Shown: positions 39,501 to 52,062 of the stretch, piece by piece
Numbering within the stretch: the first letter of the stretch is position 1
Layout of the letters: each line of letters opens with the position of its first letter
NCBI GenBank assembly: GCA_023213395.1
Contig: CM041465.1
Coordinates: 182,659,741 to 182,723,740, forward strand
Origin: Cycas panzhihuaensis
Lineage: Eukaryota; Plantae; Cycadophyta
Length of the DNA stretch: 64,000 bases
Direction of reading: 5' to 3'
Made by a program: the position numbers and the translations under genes
The notes under the pieces: generated by a model
Databases searched by the model: none
The model's input: the letters and a program-made list of their open reading frames with translations, nothing else
Told to the model about the DNA's origin: nothing

Positions 39501-42500
39501 AGTGGGATCCTTCATCAGAGACACTTATAGTGATAGCCAATGGTGGTGCATTTTCTATTCCTTGTTGTTCACCTTGATCTATCTCAGAGTGAGATTGAGT
39601 CCAACTTGGTATGATGATGTCAACTGATTAAGTAGGTACAATTTTCCCATCAACCTGGTCTTCATAAGATGATTCGTCAAAGTGCACATCCCTACTAGGA
39701 TAGATCTCCTGGTTGAGGATCTAAGCATTGATATTCTTTGGATACTTCACTGTATCCCACAAGAATGCATCTTTTGCTTTAATCATCTAATTTCTTTCTC
39801 TTTTTAGCAGGAATGTGCATGTAGACAATTGATCCAAAGACTCAAAGGTGTGAGACATCTAGTTTCTGACCCGACCATGCTTCAGGGTTATGTTCTCTAG
39901 AGCTTTAGTTGGACTTCTGTTGAGAAGGTATATGGCTATATTTACTGCTTCAACCTAATATTTGTTGCTTACCCCTTTTTGTTTTAGCAAGGAACGAGTC
40001 ATCTCTGTTATGGTCCTATTTTTCCTCTCAGCCACTCCATTGGATTGTGGAGCGTAGGGAGTTGTTAATTATCTTTGCATACCATTTTTCTTATAGTATT
40101 ATGTAAATTCATTGAATATGAATTCCCCACCGTTGTCGATCCTTAAGCATTTGATACTGCATTCACTTTCTTTTTCAACTTTGGCTTTGAATTTAAGAAA
40201 GGTGTCAAATACATCAGATTTTAATTTAAGGAAATAGATCCAGATATTTTTGGTGCAATCATCTATGAAAGTCAAATAGTAGTATGCCTGTTGTAAGGAT
40301 GGGGGAGTGAATGGACCGCATAGATCACTGTGAATTAGTTGCAGCTTGCAATATGCTCTGGTAGTGCTGATGGAGAATTGTAGTTTATATTGTTTGCCCA
40401 TCATGCATGTGTTACAAATAGAGTTAGATTTTCTTATCCATGGAAGGCCATGCTCCATATCATGTTTGCTTAATAAGAATTAAGCATCATAAGGCAAATG
40501 ACCATAGAGTATTTACCAAAGTTTTCTATTATCAACATTTTTAGTTACATGTACGGCATTCTGAACTAGTGTGGCAAGGAATTTGTACAATCCATTGGTT
40601 TTAATGCCCTTACCAATTTCTTTGTTCCCTTTGTATTTATCAAAAATAACACATCCATCACCATCAAATAGGACCTGGAGCTTATTGTTTGTTAGCTAAG
40701 ATATAAATAACAGGTTTTTTGTCATTCGTAGTACATAAAGCATACAACCAACTTTTTCAGTATTTTCGTCTGGCAAGGTAATAGGCATTGTTCCATATCC
40801 TTGTATTGGATGGGTGGTGTCATCTCCAAGTTCAACTGAGCCACAATTTTGAGAAGGGCTTATGCTGTTGAACCAAGCTTGCTCATGGATTATGTGTCTA
40901 GAAGCTCTAGAGTCTATAAACCAATCATCATGATTTTTGTTCTTTACTGTTGAGGAAAGAGCTCTTACAAACACAGTCTCTTCTTCTTGTTCTTTAATTG
41001 ACTCCTTTCTGTTAGGTTGTCTTGAGTAGCTACTTGAAGCTATGATCACCCTTTCTATTTCAACTTTACGGTGGTGATAGTCAATGGTGTAGTGACTAGT
41101 TTTTCCACAATAATAATAGATGATTTAGTGACCAAGTCATCCCCTTGAATATTGGATGGGGTGAGTGCGAAGAGAAGATCATCCTCTACGAGGAGTATAG
41201 TTTGTGGGTCATCTTCTCCCTCAGTTTGATCCATGAAAAACTCCTCTGTTGGTGGTTCCCCTGCTTCGTATACTCACTCTAGATAAAAATGCATTTTCTA
41301 ATTCATTTTCGAGATTGGTTTCAGTCCGCTCATGATGTAGAAGTTGGCCATCGATAGCAGTGAATGAGGGCTATGCAATTTCTACCATAAACTTGTAAGA
41401 TGTAACAAAGTTATGGAATCAGGTAGAAAGTTTGTGTATAATAAGATCAATGAGGCCACCATTTGAATAACTCACTCCAACTGACATCAGGTTTTCATGA
41501 AGTAGCTTGAATCATCTAAGAAAGGAGGTGGAGTCTTCCGATTTAGACATCCTTAGGGTAGCCATTTGGCTTTTGAGTGCCATGACACGAGTTGTATTTT
41601 TTTAGTATATAAGGTCTTTAATGTGGACCAGGCTTCATGAGGAGTGGTGGTGCCAGCTATATGAGGTAAGATGGAGTTTGCAACTGACAAAGTTATGGAG
41701 ACAAGTGCAAGACCCTTTTGTTCCATGTGCACCTTCTTTTCAGTAGCATCTGCAGGCTTAGGTTTGATGCTCTTTGTCTGGTCTAATGCACCTTGAGCCA
41801 CTAGTATGGATCTCAACTTGGTCTTCCATGATTCATAGTTATCATCGATGAGTTTTCAGACTCAGAAAGTCAAAGAGAGGAAGCCATGAGAAGGTGAGTA
41901 ATTCTATTAAGTCTAGACATGGGATTACCTGAACTTGCAGGCCTATCGATAAACCTCCAATGGAGATTCAAGATAGGTAGCTTTATGGTGCTAACCACAA
42001 ACCATTGCACTACAAGGCTTCAGTAGTCAGTTGGGCTCCCTAATCTAGGTTGGGCTCAAGGTCCTATAGGGTCCTCCTATATACCTTTCGGTATGTGGAG
42101 GCTCAAATCCGTGAGCGAGTTCTGTCTAAGGCCTGGGTATTGGGTCCTTTCGGTTCTCTCACTTCACACGATGGTTCCAAACTCCCAATGTGCTTAGCCA
42201 AGAACAACAGATCCAACATGATTTTTATAGACCTCAGAACAAGGTCTCTAAGGCTAGGAACGGGTAGCTGCCAAGCAATATTATCTACCTGAGGGAGAAG
42301 AAGAAGGCAAGTGCAATAAATATATCTCCCTTTTTAATATATATATTTTTAAGAAATGAAAATACTAGAATACTCGGCCAAAATAAGAAAATGCAGCAAG
42401 GAGGTTTTTTGAGTGCTCTCCTAAGATAAAAAACTATTGCTGACAGTCATATGGGTGACGGTACTATACAATAAATGAGTCAAAAAATAAAATTTCTCAA

Positions 42501-43700
42501 AATGCTCTAAAAGAGATGTCAAAAGAATGGCCTTGATGTGTAAATTCCTGATCTGTAACTATTTTTTTGAATGAACCTCTCAGTGAGGAGAAAAATCTAG
42601 ATGAAACTCTAATGGGCGACTAGGGTTTTTTCATGATTTTATTGATTTCTTTTGGATCTGAAAGAGAAGGCCTTTGAGTTATATATCAATGGAAAGATTA
42701 TGCTGAGGGCTTTCTATTGATACCAGGTTTTCCCAGTATAGACGTTTGTACAATGAGAAACAAACAAAAATCTTCAATGGCAATTGTACGACTTCGAATA
42801 GTCTTTAGGGCATCAAAATAACAAAATTTGAGTTCGGTCCTTTGGAGAGAAGTGAAGAGCAAGTCGAGGCGCCTCTCTAGGTGAAATTTTATCAAATTTC
42901 GAGACAATGTTTTTTTTTTACCATACTAGTGTACGTACCTGTCCATACAGTCGTATGGAAATGCTTCTTCAGACAAGATCTAGACCTAAAATGGCTCTGA
43001 TACCATGTAGGATTAATGCTACAATGGTAGATTAAGAATACTTGATGATCTTATTGAGAGTATAAGAGTATATATATATACAATTAGGGTTTATAACCCT
43101 TTGGAACTACTTTGTAACTGATACATAGAATAATGACACATGTTATTGACAAGTGTCATTAATATACAAAAGGATTAAACATTATATTCTAATAGGTTTG
43201 GGGGCCGAGAACCACCCAACTATATAGTTTTCCCAATGTTTCTCCATGCGATTAGATAATATCTTGGGGATGGGGATTTTGATCAAGTCCTCATTTATTA
43301 TACAATTTATATCAAATGATTCAACTTCTTCATTTCTCAAGGCTTTAAGGTATGATTTTCCTTTATTTAGGTTTTGGGTCTAGTTAGGGATTTGGGTCTG
43401 GATAAGTAGCTGATTCTATGTATTATCCATATTCATTAAAACCTCCTCTATTACTTTAAATAAAACTAAACAAAGGCTTCAATCTAAACTTCCATCAAAT
43501 CTACTAGTTACAAATAGTCTCACCAGATAGAATCTGTGAGTAGGGTGTCTTTGATCCTCTCTCTCACTGGTTTGGAAATAGACACACTCTTTTCCTTGTG
43601 CATGTAGCTGGAATGATTCGCTCCTCTCCTCTAGCATGGCACATTAAGATCTCTATCTTCCATAAGAGATAATCCTCTGTTTACTAGTTAATCCCTTCTC
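36551..43700 (-). pseudogene. LINE ORF1 remnant, split by E6 (37665-43194)
   Basis: PWMIG, LPSLPL*DWD..IKGIAN.IG.LL.VDSTT, ARFCAL-type plant L1 ORF1 motifs and a decayed zinc knuckle at ~37150-37190. Exact start uncertain. Confidence 0.7.
37665..43194 (-). mobile_element. Ty1/copia element E6, full length, nested in LINE ORF1
   Basis: LTRs 37665-37863 and 43006-43194, perfect PBS rc gctctgatacca 42994-43005, PPT tcccccc after 37863, TSD ggtct/ggttt. Gag ATG at 41887, WFIDSRAS protease, HSDLCGP integrase, LYVDD RT. Confidence 0.95.
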
Positions 43701-46459
43701 CATAGTCTCTTCATCCCTCATTAAGAAATGAAGTTTTGCTTGATCTCCTTTGGTCCAGAGAAAATGCCTCCATGTTATATCTCCTTGCTATGTCTAACTT
43801 CATACCGCCATACGGGAAGGTCTGCGCCTCCTTATATCCATTCTTAGGGATGTGTTCCTCCCCCATGTTCCTCCATCTAGCCTCTGCGACCTCCACGATA
43901 GCTCTGGGAGTTTGTAATAGATCCACGCCACTACCACAAACCCTGAACCTTCATACCATTCGCCATTTGCCTCTATGCAGATGACCCCCCCCAATCTCAG
44001 ATTTGTCACATCAGATCTATGGCATTGATTGATGATTATAACATAGGAATTTACTTTACCGAGGTGTGTTAGAAGAGATTCTCCTACTGACAACATAATG
44101 GCAACGTGGGCATGCCTATCCCTTTCTTCCAAATTTGTCAATCGAGTGGCATCAATGGCTCCAAGTTTAGCCTATTTTCTAGTTGTAATCCCTCAAGCAT
44201 TTTTTGCTATAAAAGGACCCTTTATTCTGAGCTTCTAGGCATTATAATTTTGCTCTGTTAGCTTATTAGAATTACTAAGTATGTAAATTGAGGCCATAAT
44301 TGTTTATTTCAATATAGTAAGACAAAGATAAAACACTGAGACATAGAATAGTGCCTAATCATATGATTGTATGAAAAAACGTACATGGAATTTTATGGAA
44401 CTCTCCCAACACGAAGATTTTAAAGTGCTCTTTCCAGATCTAAAACTTTTATGTTGATTTGACTTTTAGAATGGCTAAAAAAGGGCTCGAAAATTGTACA
44501 ACCACTTAGGATTTAAAAGTGATTTGTATTCAAATTTTGTAAATACTTGATAAAATATTACAAAAATGGATTCAAATGAAAGCTTATGTTAAAATCAAAA
44601 TTTTGAAATAAGTCTCACTCATTGAGACGATGAAATATGAGAGAAAACTATAAGAAAACCCTCAAATCCATGCCACTATAAAAGATTAATTTTCTATTGA
44701 TTGAAGAGGATTTTGAAAATGGTCCTTTGGAATGAATTACTCCTCATACTGAGATGTCCCAACTAGTAAAATTTTGTCTTAAATAGATCACTTTGAAAAT
44801 TCTATTTGTATGGTTCTATATGATTGTACTGTAATTTTAACTTTTCTACTATTAAAAAAAGATACTTGATCTTTATTCCCTTTTATTTCTTCTGACTTTT
44901 ATCTTAAAAAACTTTTTAACCCTACAATGATTCTCTTTATAGACTGACTTGCTTTAATACCATGTTAAGACAAAAAAACATATGGAGAGAAAAATTATCC
45001 TTCCTTAATTATAGGAAAGAGAGAATCCCTCAATATATACAATGGAATCATAAGCGTAGGCCAATGCATGTAGATCATGTGTTAGACACCTATAAAGAGG
45101 GGTTATTTAACCCTCATCTTACTTAGGACCCCTTAAAAAATAAAACATTAACACTTTAACAAAAGAACAGGGATTAGCCTTACTAATGGAGGAAACAAAT
45201 GGGTTCACCATATTAATAGTTGGAATTGGTTTATGAGAGGTAGGTGAGGTAGGATGGATGTAGTTGAGGATGAATAGGGAGATGAAGTTAGTGAAATAAG
45301 AGTAGGTGAAGTTAAGGGTCTTGTAGTAGGTGAAAAGTATGATAAGGGGGGTTGCCCTCAAGGCTTTCTATATAAGTAAATTGCATTGCAATGAGAATAA
45401 GGTTTTGAGGGATTAATTGTGGTAAATTTTGGGGAAAAGGGGGAATAGGAATATTAGCTAATATTCTAGACTTTATTTTAAAAAAGGAAAGGGAAAGGTT
45501 CCATAGTATGGTCAATGATAATTTATTAATAAATTGACCAAACATTTAATTTTAAGGGTTTCCACATATCGATAACAAATAATTTATAAGAAAAGAAGAT
45601 GGAGAAAGTATGTGTCTCACACATATTCACTTTATACCTCACTAGTCATAAAGATGCTTGTTTATATTATAGTTTCGTGTTATTTTTTTTATGATTATTA
45701 CTTATAAACACTTACAACAATTTTTCTCTTAGATTAAGGTTAATTATGCTGATCTACTTATTGGATAAATGGATATTTATTAATAAAATATAAACACTAG
45801 ATTCACAAGCGAATGATTATAAATAGAAGTGAAGTTGGTGTTTTTTTTTTTTTTTTTAATAAAAATCATTTATAGAGAGAGATTTTATAGAGTGCAAATA
45901 AGCTTACCTTAATTGTATGTGAATGGCATCGATGTCACACAATAGATGACTTACAACATTTAGGTGTTATGGATGAATGGAAGATGGATAACAATAGTAG
46001 TCATTAGTTCTCTTCACTTTGATCCCCTTCAAGACAAAAGATCTTTATAAAAGTATAGTTCTCTAATGTAAGGAAACTATAGTCTTATATTCCCATGTAA
46101 ATAAAATAATATAACTTTCTCAAAAGGTCTTAAGAGGTCAAAGGAATCACTAAATGCCAATATGGAATCAAAGATTTTCTTCTTCCCTTATTATTATTTT
46201 TTTTCTTTGATATTCTTAATGTCTAAATGGAATGGTAGACGTGGGTTTATATATGTTAATTTTGGCACAAATCTTGGACACAAGTTATCTCTTGGCATCT
46301 AAAACATCATAAATAATAAATTTAAGCCAGAAAGGGGTTGGTTTGTGTAAAATTGTTGTCTAAGCTAAATTACCTCAAAATATTCCTAGTTTTTTAGATC
46401 TCTATAAATGGCCATAAACCATAATCAAAACTCATCAAATTGGTTTAAGTTAAAAATGA

Positions 46460-47990
46460 AAGCAACAAGAAAATTAAATCCATATCTTTTTTGAAAAATC
46501 ATCAATGAGTGTAAAAAATACATATATCACACAAGATTTTCATTGGACTACGTATGTTACTATGGCTTAATTCTATTTTTTCTTGTGGCTCTAAGATGAT
46601 TCTTGAAATGGGTTCTTGTATTGTTTTTTGAGCATGCATCCATCACAAATGGTTTGATTTCTAGATATAGTAGGTAGCCCAATCACCATGTTTTTCTTCT
46701 TCAATTTCATTAGATTCTAATAATAGACATGCCCATAGTTCAAATACCAAATTTTATTTATACAAGAGTAATTTACTATAAGAAAAGCCTATATAACAGG
46801 TGAGGCTACAAATTTGCAAAGACCATTTTCCTATATCTCTTTTGCTACAACTTTATAATTTAATTATTATCTTTAATAAGTCATTCGTATTGATTAAATT
46901 CAATCTTTAAATTTATCTTGGCCATCTAAGATATTGATAAAAGATTTTTCTTCAATCAGGATACATAGAGAACATCTCCATTTCTTTTTATTTCTACATC
47001 ATTTATCATCATGGGGGTAACCCCTTTTCCCTGAAAGATGAATAGAGTTATTGCCAAACCCTAATCATCTCTTATGCATTGACTATTATCCAATTTCTTG
47101 AACCATTCTAGCTTTGAGGTTGTGCTTTTATGCCCTTGAGTGTGTCTACCACTCTCTAGTGCTAAACTTGTAAAAAGAGAAACAATAAAAGTTATGTCTT
47201 CACTTTTTTCTTTGATTTATTCTTCTTGTTTTTCTTCACTAATATTTTTAGCAAATTTATTTTCCTTTAATATGTTAAATTTTCTTTTGTTATATTCCCT
47301 ATCAAAGTGTCCTAGTTTACCATAAGAAAAACATTATCTTTTAATAAGTTATTTCCTTCTTATTTCATATTATTTATGCTTAGGTTGATTCAAAATATTT
47401 TGCTTTTGATAATCTCCTTTGTTTCAAATCTTATTTGTGTTTCTAAATATTAATTTTGAAACAATGGCTTCCTCTAATTTTGTTTCCTCCTCAAACAATT
47501 GGTTGGCTTATTCTTCACGATGAAAAAGCCCACATAGTTAATCAAATGCTAGAGTTGTAGCCTTAGATGTGATTATTAATTTCAATTTTAACATTTTAAA
47601 AGACATAGTAAGCCTATTTAGAATGGTTTGAACAAACTCCCTATTTTCTATTTTCTCTCTTAATGAAGTTAGTTCTTTTATTATTTGGTTGATCTTGGTT
47701 GTGAAATCTATTATGCTTTCTCCTCCTCTCAGTTGAGTGTTAATGAGCTATTCTTTGAGATTAATCCTTGCTTCATTTTTTAGTTCATAGATTGATTGTA
47801 ATCTCATTTATACTTCATGAGATGTTCTTACATAAATAAGATGATAAGGAATATGTTTAGAAACTGAAAGTATGATGGCTACAAGGGCATCACTATGTCT
47901 ATCTTCATGTTATTTCAAGTCTCTTCTTTTCTAGTAACAATTCTCCTAGTCGTACTGGCCCTAAAAGGACTTCTTACACACACACACACG

Positions 47991-48023
<33 letters not shown>

Positions 48024-48087
48024 TCCAAGTGAAATATTTACTTCCATCTAGTTTCCTTGGTTCAAGAATAAAATATTTTGAGGCCAT
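46460..48087 (-). mobile_element. Truncated, highly decayed copia fragment E7 (gag to integrase N-terminus)
   Basis: MASKYFILEPRKLDGSKYFTW gag start. ICDGCMLKKQ...TLIDDFSKKIW near 46470-46660. No LTRs identified. Confidence 0.7.
47976..48022. repeat. Compound microsatellite (AC)n(AT)n
   Basis: Direct reading of the sequence. Confidence 0.95.
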
Positions 48088-48639
48088 GACTCCTATAGGA
48101 TTGATTGAACACCCTTGGACTAGTGGATAACTTCCTTCACAAGCCACATAAACACTTATGAATACTTCCTGACTTGACTTAACTTTCCACTTACTAGACA
48201 CCTCATGACTTAACTTTATAAACTCCCATTTACAAGTGACAGACTCTTAATAAAGTTTATTTGGTTATCTTAATTAGCAAATATAGATCAAGTCCATTTA
48301 GACTTAAACAACGTTACAACTAAAGCTGCAATGAGGTTATAATAATAGAAGGAATATTATTTTTAACACATGCCATTTTGGCATTGAACAACCTAGTTTT
48401 AGGAAGAATAGATTATATAGGTAGAATTTGGTTTGTATAAATTTGTAGTTGCCTATATGAACTACTATATTGCAGATCATATGGTAGAGGGGATTGGTAT
48501 ACCATGCAACTAATATGTAGTTCATGCAATCTGTAAGGTATTGTTTATGGACATAATATTATGAAATTTAAGAAATGAATTGGTTAATGAAAAATGGAAA
48601 TCATAGACTTTTCTATTGATGAAAACTTATGGTGATAGC

Positions 48640-51600
48640 TGTGACAAAATTAGAATTAATCTCATAACTAAAAAACACATGATAGGATCTTTATTCTCTA
48701 TATTCAATAGACATATATTCATCAAATATATTATGAACAAATTAAAATGAACACAATATGTGAATGAGGATTAGAAGTTGGCTCTAACTCAAAATAATAA
48801 ATAGATCAAATTAGTTGATAACTAATACAGAAGTTTTGCAAAGTTTTGACTCTCACCAAATATATGACCTCTGTAGTTGATGAGTATAGACATGGCTTTA
48901 ATTTATAGAGGACTCAATGTCTATCACATTACAATACGGTGAGTGTGGATTGGACCTCATATGCTCATACTTCATTGGACCTCATATTACATACATCTCA
49001 TTCGATAATTATGAGGCTAAAGTAAGGTGATAACCCTCAACTAGGAAGTACAACATTAAGTCATAACTTAAGTTATAATTACACTTCTATATAAGAATAA
49101 ATGAAGGGGTCCTTATATTTTAACATCATCCCTTAATGACAACCTCATTAATCTTGACACTGAGGTCATGCCGTAACCTTTCAAACTTAGTTTTGCCTGG
49201 TACTTTGATGAAGCTATATATAATCTAGTCTTTGCTCAGTCTGTACATAAGATTAATTTGCTTTGTTTTTGTAATTGGCATCTTTATTTTGTAAAGCCAA
49301 TGACAATCATTTGGCTTCTTCTTTCCTAAAGGTAATTCAGTGATCTCTGAAATATCATTTTTCAGGATAGAATTCATCTCTTCATCCATAGGAGCCTGCC
49401 ATATTTAGTTTTTGATTACCTCCTCAAAGGTGAAAGGCTTGGGAGTGTTGAGAACTTGTGCCATTAAAGCAAAGTTTATAGTATGCATATATTTTAATTA
49501 CCTTTTTTATTCTATAGGAGGTGAAGGTGCATCTACTATGACTTGTAAGTACTACTGAGGAAGTTTCTTAATGCTTTCAACTTATTTATCTTTTGGAGAT
49601 AGAGGGGGTAATGTAGATATAGATATAGAAGTAAAGAGAGATACAGGAGAAGTAGATGAAGAACTTGGAGTACATGAAATTGAAGGAGCAAAAGGGTCTG
49701 TAATTGGTGTAGAAGGAGCTTCTAAAACATCAACATCATTGTCTATCAAAAGCTATATCTAATATTGATCTAAGTCCTAATTATTTTTTATAAATATGAC
49801 ATCTTGAGATGAATACACCTATCTTCTAATAAGATCATTTACCTTGTAATCTTTGCATCTAAGTACATAGCCTATAAAAATACACTTTAAGCTTTTATCA
49901 TTAAGTTTCCTTTTATTTTCATTTATAAGGTACATATAAGCTGCATAGCTGAATATTCTAAGGTGTGAGATTATAGCCTTTTATCTTGACCAAGCCTCTT
50001 TAGGTGTCATGTCTCTGACAACTGAAGTCGGGCTCCTATTTGTAAGGTAAGCAGTAATATAAATAACTTTATCCCAAAGTAAGTAAGTAATGTTTACATC
50101 ATTTATCATTATTTTTATTTTATTTACCAATGTTTGATTTATACATTCAATAATGTCATTTTGCCGAGGAGTATAGGGAGCTAAGAATTGGTATTTAATG
50201 CTATGTTCTTTATAGAAATTGGTGAACTGATTTGATGAGTATTCACCTCTATTATCTGTACACAGTATCTTGATTGTCGCATTAGATTCATTTTGAACTT
50301 TAACTTTGAATTTCTTGAATTTATCAAAGGCTTCAAACTTGTTCTTTAAAAAGTAAACCTAAACTTTCTGAGAATAATCATCAATAAAAGTGATAGAATA
50401 CAAACTACCATTGAGTGAAGGCTTAAACATAAGTCCATAAATATTTAATTGAACTAAGCCCAATGGTTTAGTTACATGCCAAGCTTACATAGATTAAAAT
50501 AGTTCCCTATGTTACTTACCAACTATGTAGGCTTCATAGAAACATTTATTCTATTTGATTTTGGGTAGCCTATATACCATTTGAAGTCTAAACATGAGAT
50601 TAAGACTTTCATATTTAGATGACTAAGGTGTTGCTGTCATAATTGATTCTTGGTACACTTTCTATTGGGTTGCTCCTTACTGTGAGAAGATTTTCCCTAC
50701 ATTTCAATAGGTGGGTTGTTTATAATAATCTACTTTCCTTTATCTACATAAGTAGACTATATAATGGTACTTAAGTTTAGATTTTATGTAGAGGAAAGTA
50801 ATACACCATCAATCTTGTAAAGGGCATTATCTTCATATCCTATGATAACTACTTACCTAATTGAGTGGTCTAAAATAGTATAAGTTCCCTGGTTGAAGAG
50901 TACATCAAAGTTCTACTTATTGATCTAACAAACACATAGTAGGTTCTGTTTTATACTAGGTACATAAAAGAAATTACTGATATGATGACCAACATTTAAA
51001 TTTTTTAAAGCAATTGAAGCTTTTCTAATCTTAGCCATATTCTATATGGTATCATCACCAATTGTGATTATCTGAGTTTGAACAAGTTTGATGTCTTTTA
51101 AGAGTTATCCAATGTCTATCATGTGACAAGTAGCATTGGAATCTATCAACTAGGAGTTATCTAAATAATGAAAAGATAGAGTGGCAAAGAACATATTCTG
51201 GAAATTATTCTAGGAATTGGCTACATAGCCTCCTTCCTATAAATTCCCGTTATCATCCTGAGATTGGTTCCTAGCTTGATTTTAATTTCTTAAGTGTCTA
51301 TTACCTTGACCATGATCTCTACTTTGTTGTTGATTATGGCCTTTTTATTATCTATGATTGTCCTATAAGATTTGTAGGTTAGATTATATTTTTTTATATT
51401 CAATTATCACATGCCCAGGTTTCCTATAGTAGAGACAAGTAATATTTTATTTTCTCTGTTAATTTATGGTCTATTATCGATGTTGGTTTAAATTTATAGA
51501 ACCAAATTGTTGGGTAAGTGATTGTTGTTATGGCTAATTCCTCCTTCAATTTCTAGCTATGGATGCAGGAGTGGTGTTAGAAGAAGATGTTGTTCCTTAA

Positions 51601-52050
51601 TAGTTCAAGATACCTTCTTCTTTCAACAATGATCCTTCTAAGGTATTGAAGTCTATGGTAGCAAAGTTATTAGATAATCGAGAGATAAAATTGTTATACA
51701 TGGAGGGAAGGATATTTACAATACTAGAAATAATATCATTATTGAATGGAAGAGCTCCAAGAGTATTAAGCTAGTTTCAAATGGACTTAACTTTTGTCAT
51801 AAGTGAGGGAATAAAACTAGCAGAGGCTATAGTATATAAATGTGCTTTTAGCATAATGGATCTAGAGTCATCTTTCCACTCATAAAGAGAACGTATAATG
51901 TTCCAAGCTTCATGAGAAGTGTCTACCATTTTAATATTTTAATCCACATTGTCCTCTATGACTAAGTGAAGGAAGGATAGAGCTATATTATCTTTAACTC
52001 TAAAGGAAGCAAGAGCAACAGGGGTCTAGAGGGATCTCATTGCTGGGGTT
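48640..52050 (-). mobile_element. Copia element E8, internally deleted, 5' end cut by E9
   Basis: 3' LTR ends taaca at 49125 (start uncertain), decayed PPT, RNase H end joined directly to RT start at ~49280, integrase ITFIDDYSQK ~50370-50400, protease LIDSNATCHM ~51120-51150, gag to ~52020. Confidence 0.75.
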
Positions 52051-52062
52051 AGTTAAGTCAAG

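Larger units (their letters stand above)
32695..44039 (-). mobile_element. Near full-length L1-clade LINE (interrupted by copia E6)
   Basis: Poly(A) tail seen as a T-run at 32696-32705. TSD aacaaaagaatttactt (32678-32694) versus aacataggaatttactt (44040-44056), 15/17 match. ORF1 and ORF2 remnants present. Confidence 0.9.
28620..45161 (-). mobile_element. Ty1/copia element E5, gag split by a LINE insertion
   Basis: LTRs 28620-28827 and 44963-45161, PBS rc gctttaatacca 44951-44962, PPT ccccctc after 28827, TSD gaaga/aaaga. Pol and gag C-part 28850-32694, gag N-part 44040-44297. Confidence 0.9.
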
